Source of the DNA: an uncultured virus (IMG/VR IMGVR_UViG_3300030390_001258)
Lineage: Duplodnaviria; Heunggongvirae; Uroviricota; Caudoviricetes
IMG/VR virus record: IMGVR_UViG_3300030390_001258
Strand: one strand, 5' to 3'
Length of the DNA: 64,000 bases
Below the pieces are notes generated by a model. That model saw only the letters and a list, made by a program, of their open reading frames with translations. It had not been told where the DNA came from and made no database searches. Below are positions 1 through 9,603 of the stretch, piece after piece (positions within the stretch are counted from its first letter, which is position 1; each line of letters opens with the position of its first letter). A program made the translations under genes and the position numbers.

Positions 1-3000
1 TAGTTTTAATCTTATACTTTTATCAAACCGTACATTAAATATTTCATTGCGGGTAATTTCTGCTGTATACCCATTTTGCTCTAAATAATCTAATAGAGAT
101 TCAACTCCTACAGGGTGCACGTTTTTTAGCGCTCCTGCTTTAGATACATTATTAAGTTTAAAATTATCTATAGTATAGTTAACTTGCGCAGTAGTTGAAT
201 TAAAAGTTAATATAGAGTTTGTAGTATTAATTACGTTAACTTTTTCTGCAGTATAAGGGGTTTGTCTATTATGATTGATATTTACGTTACCTACAAGGTC
301 AGCTACTGTCTGAAATACAGTAAAACTATCCTCTAAACAATTTCCGCCATCATTAAATACCCCTAAACTATAATTAGAAGTAACGTCTGTTGGAGTAAGA
401 AGAGTTTCTAAATTTGGTAAAACAGGGAATGCCGCTTGATAAGCAGCAAAATCGCTATTATAAACATTTTCAAATATACCAGGAACTGTAGTTCCGCTAG
501 CATTTACAGTATAACTACATAAGTCATATACAGGAGGAAGATCTAAAGAATAATCACATGGATCTACTAAAGCGTTATTAGGTACTAATTCAATAAAATG
601 AATATAACATACTGCATCTGCCGCAGTTATAACGTTTATTTGTACTTGCGCATCGTTAAAAGTAACTCCTGTTTGAGTAAACGTAGTTGCTGTACCACTT
701 ACTACGCTAGTAATGTTTGTACCTGCTGGAGTTATTGTTGATCCGTTACCTAACAGAAAATCTAAACTAAAATCTTTAGATCCGCTTATATGCGTTATTT
801 TAAAACTAACTGTATATGTAGAATTTATATTTACAGGGATGCTTAAATATCTTAACTGGCCTTGCCCTACTACTTTTTCTAAACCTCCCTCAACTACGTT
901 AAAAGGAAGTGGGTTTCCACCAAATAGCCACCCATTATACCCTTGAGCAGTATCGTTAGCCCAAGTTTCGTAAGTATCTTCAGCTAATCCCGTACTGTTA
1001 TTAAAGTCTCCAGGTAATATACTACCAGTAGTAGTTTGATTAATATTTGCTAATGGATTATAGTTGTTAGCGTTTGAATCTGTACATCCAGATACTTTTA
1101 AATTTAAACATTTTGTACTATCAGTAACTGCAGTAGCACTTGAATCATACTCTGTGTAAAGAGGGTCTGTACATGCTAAATGGTAGCACCCGCCTTCTGC
1201 AACATAATCTGAAGCTGCTATAGTAGCAGAAGTTAATCCGCTAATAGAAGAAGTTACATTAGTTGCAGTATTTAATATATTATAGTTACTTTCATTAATT
1301 GTTAAGCCAGTCTCTGGGTTAGTGGTAGTTGCATCTGTACACCCAATTACTGTACAACTAAACATGCTAGAAAAATCAATCTCTGTAGCTACGCATGGAT
1401 CTAGTACTTCAACTTGATACACAGTGTACATAACATCTTTAGCTGTTCCAGAACAGGAAGCTGATGAGTTATTTAATATCTCTCCTGCTGCATTTGTGCC
1501 AGGTCTATAACCTGTTGGAATATCTGTATTAGTAGATGCAGATTGAAATGTACTTGTATTGTTTGAAGAAGGGATGTAGTATCCAGCGTGGTACGTTATT
1601 TTTGCAACATTATCACCAGGTATTAAATTTGAGATAGGGGCACCTGCAGCTGTATTTAAAATTAATCCATCTATTGGATCTTCTACCGTACTTTTTATAA
1701 CAAAGTAATAATACACAGAAGAGGTTATTGTTCCCGCCCAGTTACCTGCAGCAGCTGCCGCGGATATAGCTTCCGCAGACTCTAAAGTATAAATATCTGT
1801 TAAAGTGTTACCACCAGAAGTAGCTGTTGGAGAACCAGCCGGATCAGTTAAACCTGTCGTCTTATAAACAACTTCTCCTCTTGTGCTTGGCTGACTTAAA
1901 TATAATATAGCATTATTACAACTAATTACTTGTACCTTTACTCTTTCGCCAGTAAATTTTTTATAAGCTGTTCCAGCCCATGTTTCACTACTATACTGAG
2001 TTAAATCATCAATACATGCTTTTCCACTAACATTTGATAATTGATGTGTTCCATCAGTAAGAGCTGTAGCATTATAAATATAATTATAATCTACTTGTCC
2101 TACGCTTCTATCTAATATTACTGGTGCCACACAAGGCTCAGTTATCGCTATAGGAAAAGTACATAAATCTGAGTTGTTTACTAAGTTTGGTATTGCGTCA
2201 CCAGCTGGATCATTACCAGAAGATGATATTAACACTGGTGAGGTAGATCCTGCATATACAGGAAAAAATCCATAGCCACCATTTGCTCCTGATTTTGTAT
2301 TTGTAAAGTTAGAGACAGTTATACCTGTGCTAGTATTTGAGGCTGCAGCAATTGTACATGCCTCATAATCACAGTCTGTAATTCTGTGCATGTTAACGCC
2401 CGAAGCAACTTCTGCACTATAATTCGAAGCTGATGGATCTAAACATCCAAAATTCTTAGCAACACAAGGGTTTGAACTATCTGAAGCGCTAGTCTCGTTT
2501 ACTGTTGCATTTGAATTATAATTCCAAGCCCCAGTATCTGTACAGCCATAAACTGCAGTTTTATATTCACAACTACCATCATCAGTAGTTGCTGAAGGGT
2601 CGTAATTTAGTGCAACGGGATCTGTACATCCATTATATAGACAACAGTATCCTTCAGCTCCAGATGCGGCATCGTAACTAGTTCCGCACATTACTGTAGC
2701 GTACGCATGAGTGTTAGTTGCATTTGAATCTGTACACCCTACTACTCTGTATTGACAACTACCGTCATTATTATTAGCTGCAGAATTATAATTATCTGCT
2801 GTAGGGTCGGTACACCCATCTACACACCCTCCCACAGTAATAGTAGTGTTGCCGTGATACGAAGCATAAGATGTAACTACTACAAAAGCTATTGTAGTAG
2901 TAGTATTTGGAGAAAGTGTTACTAAAGGTCCGTTTACTCCAGACACTTCATTATTAAAACTCGATCCATCGTAAGATAAATCCCATAAAATATATTGAAA

Positions 3001-3654
3001 ATGTGGAATAATCTGAGGAGACAAGTCAATCCAGAATTGGTATGTACCGCATGCTGTTTCTTGGTAATTTATTGCAACGAAAGCTACGTCTCTATTTGAG
3101 TCATTTGTTATTCTTTGTATCTCTTGCGCAGATAGCTTTGAAAGCTCATCAAATTGGCAAAATTCAGGAGAACCTATCTCTGTGCTACCACTATAATTAA
3201 AAGCAAGTTCCTGATCACAGGCATTAGCATAAGTAAAAATTTCTGCCCCTGTGTACCCAACTGCTGTAGTAGCTGTATTAACTTTGTTTTGTGCGTCCCC
3301 AGTTGTAATACCAAGTATACCGCTATCTGCAATTAATTCTGATCCTTTTGTAAAAATAGTCCTATCAAGTTTACATTCAGATGGCCATTGTGAAAAAGTA
3401 TCAGGATAAATTATATTCACACCATATATATCTCTTCCTAATTCAGCTACAACTCTTATACGAACATTACAAATATCAGTACCAAAACACAATGTAGAAT
3501 TAAGTATTTCTTCGGTTAGAGGTTGACCTTCATTTGAAAGTGCAAACTTATAAGTTGTCCCAAGTACTGGTGCATCATAGCCTACTCTATCTGAGGGTAT
3601 AACTTGTATTGCACTTGAATTATGATCGAATTTTTTTGCTAGTATTATAGCCAT
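1..3654 (-). CDS. Large Cys-rich virion structural/fibre-like protein with GCTDxxAxNY repeats (3' end runs off the window; >=1218 aa)
   Basis: Absent from the ORF track, but ATG at 3654 (MAIILAKKFDHNSSAIQ...) opens a frame that reads without stops in the stretches I translated, down to position 1. It contains repeats GCTDPTADNY, GCTDSNATN, GCTDPVALNYDPSATTDDGSCEY, GCTDTGAWNY, GCLDPSASNY and GCTDSNANNYNP, and lies in the structural operon. Confidence 0.8.
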   Translation of the reverse strand, partial: MAIILAKKFDHNSSAIQVIPSDRVGYDAPVLGTTYKFALSNEGQPLTEEILNSTLCFGTDICNVRIRVVAELGRDIYGVNIIYPDTFSQWPSECKLDRTIFTKGSELIADSGILGITTGDAQNKVNTATTAVGYTGAEIFTYANACDQELAFNYSGSTEIGSPEFCQFDELSKLSAQEIQRITNDSNRDVAFVAINYQETACGTYQFWIDLSPQIIPHFQYILWDLSYDGSSFNNEVSGVNGPLVTLSPNTTTTIAFVVVTSYASYHGNTTITVGGCVDGCTDPTADNYNSAANNNDGSCQYRVVGCTDSNATNTHAYATVMCGTSYDAASGAEGYCCLYNGCTDPVALNYDPSATTDDGSCEYKTAVYGCTDTGAWNYNSNATVNETSASDSSNPCVAKNFGCLDPSASNYSAEVASGVNMHRITDCDYEACTIAAASNTSTGITVSNFTNTKSGANGGYGFFPVYAGSTSPVLISSSGNDPAGDAIPNLVNNSDLCTFPIAITEPCVAPVILDRSVGQVDYNYIYNATALTDGTHQLSNVSGKACIDDLTQYSSETWAGTAYKKFTGERVKVQVISCNNAILYLSQPSTRGEVVYKTTGLTDPAGSPTATSGGNTLTDIYTLESAEAISAAAAAGNWAGTITSSVYYYFVIKSTVEDPIDGLILNTAAGAPISNLIPGDNVAKITYHAGYYIPSSNNTSTFQSASTNTDIPTGYRPGTNAAGEILNNSSASCSGTAKDVMYTVYQVEVLDPCVATEIDFSSMFSCTVIGCTDATTTNPETGLTINESNYNILNTATNVTSSISGLTSATIAASDYVAEGGCYHLACTDPLYTEYDSSATAVTDSTKCLNLKVSGCTDSNANNYNPLANINQTTTGSILPGDFNNSTGLAEDTYETWANDTAQGYNGWLFGGNPLPFNVVEGGLEKVVGQGQLRYLSIPVNINSTYTVSFKITHISGSKDFSLDFLLGNGSTITPAGTNITSVVSGTATTFTQTGVTFNDAQVQINVITAADAVCYIHFIELVPNNALVDPCDYSLDLPPVYDLCSYTVNASGTTVPGIFENVYNSDFAAYQAAFPVLPNLETLLTPTDVTSNYSLGVFNDGGNCLEDSFTVFQTVADLVGNVNINHNRQTPYTAEKVNVINTTNSILTFNSTTAQVNYTIDNFKLNNVSKAGALKNVHPVGVESLLDYLEQNGYTAEITRNEIFNVRFDKSIRLKL

Positions 3655-3678
3655 CAGAAAAGATAATTTATTTAGTTA

Positions 3679-4182
3679 TTAACACCCACAATCGCAATCA
3701 TTATCGCAAAATTGAACAGCTTTTTTGTACTGTGCTTGCGCATCAGTAACTAATACATTATCCTCTTCTCGAGTAATTCGAGCAGCTGTAGCTTCAGAGG
3801 ATCTAATAAGTAATAATATTTTTTGAGCTTTTTGTAGTAAAGCGGAACACGCTGGACTTGTACAGTCACAACTTAATAATTTATCTGTTAACAAAACTAA
3901 ACATTTGTCAACAGAACATGTAGATACTACATATCGTTTCATTGTAGTAATTTCTCCCGTAGGAGAAGGCGAAGTTAAAGTAACTTCATAAACACCTCCA
4001 GTACTTAATCCACTCCAAGAAAAGGCATCAGCTGATGCGTTAACAGATCCTTGAGTAAATGTTTCCCCAGTTTCAACGTGTTTTAAATCAACTGTATATT
4101 TTACGTTTGATAGTAGCCCTTGAAAAGACACAATCATTGCTTTACAATCTCCGCTAGGAGTTGGATTCATTATAACAGCCAT
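3679..4182 (-). CDS. Putative structural protein: beta-rich (Ig/FN3-like) N-terminus and Cys-rich C-terminus
   Basis: 167 aa ORF in the capsid operon; FSWSGLSTGGVYEVTLTS resembles FN3; ends CDNDCDCGC. Confidence 0.55.
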   Translation of the reverse strand: MAVIMNPTPSGDCKAMIVSFQGLLSNVKYTVDLKHVETGETFTQGSVNASADAFSWSGLSTGGVYEVTLTSPSPTGEITTMKRYVVSTCSVDKCLVLLTDKLLSCDCTSPACSALLQKAQKILLLIRSSEATAARITREEDNVLVTDAQAQYKKAVQFCDNDCDCGC

Positions 4183-4205
4183 ATATAAAATTTAAAAAAA
4201 GAATA

Positions 4206-4226
4206 TAAGGGAAACCAGTTCCCTTA
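4206..4226 (-). terminator. Intrinsic terminator after the auxiliary capsid gene
   Basis: TAAGGGAA-ACCAG-TTCCCTTA inverted repeat, followed by a T-run on the minus strand. Confidence 0.65.
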
Positions 4227-4247
4227 CATCCTTTATGTTAATTAAGA

Positions 4248-5213
4248 TTATCCTAATTCAGCCCAGTCAATTGCACCTAAACCAATAAAGAAAGAAGCTA
4301 ATTCTTCTTCAGTACCAGTGTGTTCAGTACCATTTTCACCATCTAAATATGAACTTCCACCTTTAGGGAAATACAATTGATAGCTTCTCATGTTATCTAC
4401 ACCTCTAATTTGCCCTTGAGCCTTGTTACCAATTGTAAATGCATAAGAATGATATTCTCCACCAACTACTGCATTAAGAACTTCTTCAGCAGGTAATGCT
4501 GTGTAACGATCGTAGTTACTTACATCTCTACCAAGTTGCTCTTTTTCTTTCTTTACAACTTCGTCGTAAGTACCGTGACCAAAAGCAAAAGCTGTTCCGG
4601 CTACTGTTTCCATTGCAGCAGTTGACCCTTGAGCGTCAAATGCTACTGATGCTCTAGCTCCTGCTGCTAACGTAATGTTAACTTGAGAAGCATCAGATCC
4701 ATCTACAGCAGCTGATGCTACTTTAGGGCATCCGCCTACAAGTATTTGAGCGTTAATTGCTGCTGCTAAATTTGTTGCAGCTGTATCTACAGTTGCTCCC
4801 ATTAAGAATTGGAACCCAGAAGTATCAAATCTTTCAAACCCGGTATCACTAAAAATAAGTTTAAAAGAGCATTCGTCAGTTGCTGCAGCTGCTGCTGCAC
4901 TAAAGTTATGCTTTATAACTTGATCTACCGCGGCTACATAAGCTCTTGGGTAAAAATTATTTGATTTTACTACCTCTGATGGAAGTAACCACTCAGATTC
5001 ATTTAAAAGAGCTAAGCTTACTGAAGCTGCTTCTTTTAAAATACCAAATTTAATTTCAGTATCTGCTGCTTTTATTGTTGCTAATACACTGTTTTGAACC
5101 AATGCTGGCTCTCCATTTGCGTCTTTATAAAGCATAACTAATGCGCCTGCGGCTGCACTTGTAAATGGTCCTGCGACGTCTTTTCCTACTATTACATGTC
5201 TCATATGTGACAA
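4248..5213 (-). CDS. Putative auxiliary capsid protein (crAss-like)
   Basis: 321 aa, Ala/Gly-rich; third gene downstream of the MCP, the slot of the auxiliary capsid protein in crAss-like phages. Confidence 0.55.
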   Translation of the reverse strand: MSHMRHVIVGKDVAGPFTSAAAGALVMLYKDANGEPALVQNSVLATIKAADTEIKFGILKEAASVSLALLNESEWLLPSEVVKSNNFYPRAYVAAVDQVIKHNFSAAAAAATDECSFKLIFSDTGFERFDTSGFQFLMGATVDTAATNLAAAINAQILVGGCPKVASAAVDGSDASQVNITLAAGARASVAFDAQGSTAAMETVAGTAFAFGHGTYDEVVKKEKEQLGRDVSNYDRYTALPAEEVLNAVVGGEYHSYAFTIGNKAQGQIRGVDNMRSYQLYFPKGGSSYLDGENGTEHTGTEEELASFFIGLGAIDWAELG

Positions 5214-5242
5214 AAATTTAAATTAATATAATATAAAATGTT

Positions 5243-5971
5243 TTATTCGTTTTTACTTAACTCAGCTTGTTGAGTCTTATACCTTGGATCCGAAATACCT
5301 TCCAAAATACTGCTAATAGTCATGTCAACTACCTCTTGGTGAGTATGATCAGCTAAATCGCAATTGCTGCTCGAAGATAGCGAAACTTTAGCTGGGTTTT
5401 TAATGTACGTTAATTTTAGACTTTTTATTATAAATATATCATTAGTGTACACTTGTATGATATTGTCTTGAAAAATAAACAAAGGTTTAGATTTTTTTGT
5501 AGTATTAAAGGGATCTCCTAATGCAGAATGAATATCATCTTGCTGCGTAAACTTAAGAGAACACAGTAGTTTTTTAGAATTTTTAATAGGATCTTTACCT
5601 TTTTGCTGGCTTAAAGTCAGCGGAGTACAAGATCGTTCATAAGTTACTGCAGCTAAAGTTTTAATTAAATATCTGTAATCTTCAGGTAAGTCTGTAGATT
5701 GATATACAAACGTATTATTAGGAGATACATCATGAAAATTAAACAATAACTCTTGCTCTACTACTAACGTCCTAAGATCGTCAATACGTTTTTGAGATTC
5801 TTCAAACCCTTTTTGGTAAATATTATTTTTACCATACTTTAAATTAATAAACTTTTCTATAGATTTATTTAACTCTAAATCAATTTCTTCAGATAAAAGC
5901 GTGTCAGCTTGGAATGAATTAATCTTATCCACTCCTTGCTGAACCGCCAAATGCATTTCATTAATATCCAT
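5243..5971 (-). CDS. crAss-like ring (head-tail/tail tubular-type) protein
   Basis: Motifs FEESQKRIDDLRTLV, LTYIKNP and CDLADHTHQEVVD resemble crAss-like ring proteins; conserved position. Confidence 0.7.
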   Translation of the reverse strand: MDINEMHLAVQQGVDKINSFQADTLLSEEIDLELNKSIEKFINLKYGKNNIYQKGFEESQKRIDDLRTLVVEQELLFNFHDVSPNNTFVYQSTDLPEDYRYLIKTLAAVTYERSCTPLTLSQQKGKDPIKNSKKLLCSLKFTQQDDIHSALGDPFNTTKKSKPLFIFQDNIIQVYTNDIFIIKSLKLTYIKNPAKVSLSSSSNCDLADHTHQEVVDMTISSILEGISDPRYKTQQAELSKNE

Positions 5972-5991
5972 TAGTATATTATTACATTACA

Positions 5992-6801
5992 TTAAACTGC
6001 TACTTCTTTAAGCTTTGCTCGTAAAGTAGTTAATTTTCCTGAGTTCTTTTTGTTTTTCAAATAGATTACAGTATCATCAATAGTATCTCCTAGTATTTCA
6101 TCAATAAAAATAACTTGGTTTCCTATTTTTCTTAGCACGCCAGCTTCAATCATTTCATCTATCTCAGCTTTTGATTCTAAATGCTTGTCTTGTGCAACCT
6201 TTAAAAATTGCTTAGGATTAGCTGTTTTTAGATCGTACAACGCATTTTCTACTTGCTCATGAGACAATGTATCAGGATTGATATGTTCTCCCAGCAAACG
6301 TAAGATTCTCTTCATATTCTTTAAATCAGAAGACACTTTGATATATTCTTTATCTGCATCTTTCTTAAATTGAATTTCATTGAATCTTTTTAATTCATCT
6401 CTTGAAGTATCTTGTATATAGAATCTTCCACCTATTTCGTTCATCTTTGCTTCAGTAGTTCCTACATGAGGATGCTTAATTGCAAAGTTGTACTTGATGT
6501 AATCCATAATACTTATAGGTTCTCCATTTTCATGGGATCCTACTTCTAATTCAACTCCTGTAAATCCTACAGGAACTGTTAAGTTAGCCCAAAATTCTTT
6601 TGTATGTTTTGGCCAATCAACATGGTCTGGCGAAACATCTAAAATTCCATTTAGATATTTTTTTTCATCAGAGGGTGAAAACCCTTTAAGTGGCTGTCTG
6701 TTTACAAAAACACTACTTAGTTTAGTTACAGCTTCAGCTAACACTTCTTTTGGTAAGTGATTATTAATCTCCTTACGCCTTAAAAATACTTTTTTACTCA
6801 T
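5992..6801 (-). CDS. Conserved crAss-like capsid-block protein (gene immediately after MCP)
   Basis: 269 aa ORF directly downstream of the MCP; position conserved in crAss-like phages. Confidence 0.6.
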   Translation of the reverse strand: MSKKVFLRRKEINNHLPKEVLAEAVTKLSSVFVNRQPLKGFSPSDEKKYLNGILDVSPDHVDWPKHTKEFWANLTVPVGFTGVELEVGSHENGEPISIMDYIKYNFAIKHPHVGTTEAKMNEIGGRFYIQDTSRDELKRFNEIQFKKDADKEYIKVSSDLKNMKRILRLLGEHINPDTLSHEQVENALYDLKTANPKQFLKVAQDKHLESKAEIDEMIEAGVLRKIGNQVIFIDEILGDTIDDTVIYLKNKKNSGKLTTLRAKLKEVAV

Positions 6802-6868
6802 AATTATAGTTCTTTTTTAGTTAGGTGAGGTATAAAGAATAATTCCCCCTATTTAAAAGTTAAAAGAA

Positions 6869-6888
6869 GTGGGGGATTACTCCCCCAC
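6869..6888 (-). terminator. Intrinsic terminator downstream of the major capsid gene
   Basis: GTGGGGGA-TTAC-TCCCCCAC perfect 8-bp stem followed by TTCTTTT on the minus strand. Confidence 0.75.
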
Positions 6889-6933
6889 AACTTAACCAAA
6901 AAACCAATATATAGACACGCGATTAACGCCTTG

Positions 6934-8376
6934 TTATGATGCTACACATGTGATGTCAAGTGAAGTATCAAATCTCTTTAATACAATACCTGCTGTTTTC
7001 AACATATGTACCGATGCACCATCCACGTCAGAAGCTCTAGCAGAACCAGAGTCAAATCCACGAGGTACAACAGAACCAGCTACACACCATCTCATCATCT
7101 CACGACCTTTCTTAGAGATCATTTGTACGTTTGCTTGTCCGTCATAATTAGACTGATCAACAAATACCATACGGTAAGATTCAAGAGAATACCCTGTAAC
7201 AGGATGCTTTGCACGAGTTTGTGCGATAGGACCATGATCAAACATTGGTAATTTAACTACATTTACTGTATGACCATCAATGTGCTCATAAGAAGTAAAG
7301 TAACCAGACATACCTAAGTTACGACCAGAACCTGTAATGAAACGATTTTCACCACCTGTTTTCCACGAATTATTTGTTGCACCAAAGTGACCTTTAAGAG
7401 CTTCATCGAATTCACGAGCTCCACCAGTACCGGTGTACAAAGTAATTTGCTTATTATTAGTGTCAGACATTCCGTAGAATAAGTCACCAATAATGTTTTT
7501 AATCTTCGCCTCAGTTAGAGTCGAATATGTATCACGATTTACGATCTGCTCTAAAAGTCCAGGTCCAATAACAACCGGTTGGCCGTTTTCGTCTTTCATT
7601 TGAGTTGATCCTTTTGCGTCATACGTTTTTTGTCCGTACCAGTAATACATTTCACACTCTTCTTTGAAGTTAAGCATGTGTGTGTATTCCTCGTAATCCA
7701 TCCAAAGTTTTGTAGATCCGCCACCTTTTTTAGGAAGAGTAAATTCAGCTACAAAGTCTTTAGCATTACCAGACATGTGATATGATTTACGAATTGTACC
7801 AATCTTGTTGCGAACTCTACCTGGAGTCTCCCAGTTAGATGCGTTCCCACGAGAGAAGTCAACTCCTACTGGAGCGTACATTTGAGCCCAAAGAGCTCCA
7901 ACTACATTTCCTTTAGTAAGTTTAGCTGCCACATCAGGGTTAACTAATTTACATAAGTATTTGTACCCGTTACCTACCTGCTCTGGTTCCGCCATGATTC
8001 GTACTTGCTCACCTGCTTCGTTTACTAAAACGTAAGGGAAAACAAACCACTTATCTGGGAATGTTAAGTAAAAAGTTCCGCCACCTAATCCTAGGTTGCT
8101 TCCTGCGTTTACTGATGCGATTGGTCTAGTCTTTAAAGAATGTGTCTTAACACGATATTCGTATTCCAACCTATCAATAGACTTTACGTTACCAACACCT
8201 TCAGTTAAAAAGGACAGAGGAAAACGTTTATCTTCTTTACCCGATAAATGGGTAATGATTGGAGACAATTCAGTAGGCTTAGACAACATCGCATTAGCAA
8301 GACTGTTCATATCAGTCATTTGAGAATCGTTATAAAAATTCTTCTGTACGCTAATGTTAGTTCCGTTTATTGCCAT
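6934..8376 (-). CDS. Major capsid protein (crAss-like, HK97 fold)
   Basis: 480 aa; motifs FPLSFLTEG, GPGLLEQI, LYTGTGG, HPVTGYSLESYRMVFVD and ASDVDG are typical of crAss-like MCPs; has its own promoter and terminator. Confidence 0.88.
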   Translation of the reverse strand: MAINGTNISVQKNFYNDSQMTDMNSLANAMLSKPTELSPIITHLSGKEDKRFPLSFLTEGVGNVKSIDRLEYEYRVKTHSLKTRPIASVNAGSNLGLGGGTFYLTFPDKWFVFPYVLVNEAGEQVRIMAEPEQVGNGYKYLCKLVNPDVAAKLTKGNVVGALWAQMYAPVGVDFSRGNASNWETPGRVRNKIGTIRKSYHMSGNAKDFVAEFTLPKKGGGSTKLWMDYEEYTHMLNFKEECEMYYWYGQKTYDAKGSTQMKDENGQPVVIGPGLLEQIVNRDTYSTLTEAKIKNIIGDLFYGMSDTNNKQITLYTGTGGAREFDEALKGHFGATNNSWKTGGENRFITGSGRNLGMSGYFTSYEHIDGHTVNVVKLPMFDHGPIAQTRAKHPVTGYSLESYRMVFVDQSNYDGQANVQMISKKGREMMRWCVAGSVVPRGFDSGSARASDVDGASVHMLKTAGIVLKRFDTSLDITCVAS

Positions 8377-8394
8377 TGTTCAATAATTTATATG

Positions 8395-8402
8395 CAAAGT
8401 TA
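8395..8402 (-). promoter_or_regulatory. Bacteroidota sigma-A -7 box (TAACTTTG) upstream of the MCP
   Basis: Matches the TAnnTTTG consensus about 20 nt upstream of the start codon. Confidence 0.7.
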
Positions 8403-8415
8403 AATATTGCCGTTG

Positions 8416-9507
8416 TTAAATGTCGAGATCTAATGAATCTACATCAAATTTACCTTTTCGTCTTTGGGCTTTTCTAGCGCTCTTAAGTGACTCATCTCTA
8501 TTAGAAATTTTATCTCTTAATGATTTGACACTTTTTGTATTAGCTTTCTTATTGACAATGTCACTAAGATTAAAACCTTTATACATTAAGTAATCAATTG
8601 CTAGCTTCACTTCCATGTCGGCTTCAGTGTGATCTAGATCTCGTTGTGTAGTACCTTCATTATTCACAGGTGTCGAAATATAGTTAAAAAACTTTGATTT
8701 CTCCCTCTCTGGAATTGTTATCCCTGCAAACTCTTGAGACTCTTTAATAGTATTAGCAACTCCATTCCAAAAGTCTTGTTGTTGCTCTTCCTTTTTTACT
8801 GTCTCTTCACGTTGCGCTTCAAACATGGACTCACGTTGCTGCGATTGATACTTGCTTAAAGCATCTTTGGCCGCAGCAGCCTTTTTAAATAATTTACCAG
8901 AATCTTCATAATCTTCTAGTAACTCATTTGTAAACTCTTTATCATGACCTTTAAGCTCTAAATAGTTACTTAAAATAACTTTTTGAGAAGCTGTGTCATT
9001 TTCATTTAGTTCAAACTCTCCGTAATCCGCTCGCGGATCGTGGGCAGCCATAAACTTATTTGATTCTCCTCCTTGTAAAACATACTCTAAATGCTGTTTT
9101 ACTAATGGAAAGTTATTTAAAACTTCATCAATTCTATCATCTGCCATTTGCGATGATATATCTTTAGTCATTTGAAGAAGTCCTTCAGGAGTGTCGTCGT
9201 ATTCATCAGACGGTTCATACCCTAATTTTTCTAAAATCTCAGACACTACAGTTGGTTCCCCATCTTGTTCTGGATCCTCGTCTTCTTCTTCTTCTTCTTC
9301 TTGATCTTCTTCAGGCCTGTCTTCTACCTCGTCTTGATCTTCGTTGACCTCTTCTTCTTCTTGAGGTTCTTCTTCTATTACCTCTTCTTCTTGAGGCTCG
9401 TCATCGGGTAAATCAATTCCATCTGTAATTGAATCTACTGTTTCTGCAGAAACAACATCGTCTATAGTGATGTCGTCTAATGCAATTTCATCGTGATCTT
9501 CATTCAT
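8416..9507 (-). CDS. Acidic scaffold-like protein preceding the MCP
   Basis: Very acidic N-terminus and coiled-coil middle; conserved position before the MCP. ATG at 9507 is preferred over TTG at 9531, which overlaps a TATTTTTG promoter box. Confidence 0.65.
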   Translation of the reverse strand: MNEDHDEIALDDITIDDVVSAETVDSITDGIDLPDDEPQEEEVIEEEPQEEEEVNEDQDEVEDRPEEDQEEEEEEDEDPEQDGEPTVVSEILEKLGYEPSDEYDDTPEGLLQMTKDISSQMADDRIDEVLNNFPLVKQHLEYVLQGGESNKFMAAHDPRADYGEFELNENDTASQKVILSNYLELKGHDKEFTNELLEDYEDSGKLFKKAAAAKDALSKYQSQQRESMFEAQREETVKKEEQQQDFWNGVANTIKESQEFAGITIPEREKSKFFNYISTPVNNEGTTQRDLDHTEADMEVKLAIDYLMYKGFNLSDIVNKKANTKSVKSLRDKISNRDESLKSARKAQRRKGKFDVDSLDLDI

Positions 9508-9603
9508 ATTGGTTGGTTTTTCTGTTAACAAAAATAAATAATATACTTAATACTTTTACATATTAGTTAGTTTTCTTAGGTGTTATTATTATATAGCACT
9601 TTA

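Noticed and set aside
9270..9400. TCTTCT/TTCTTGAGG short repeats
   Set aside because: They encode the acidic EEE/EPQEEE low-complexity tract of the scaffold-like protein; not a CRISPR array or DNA repeat element
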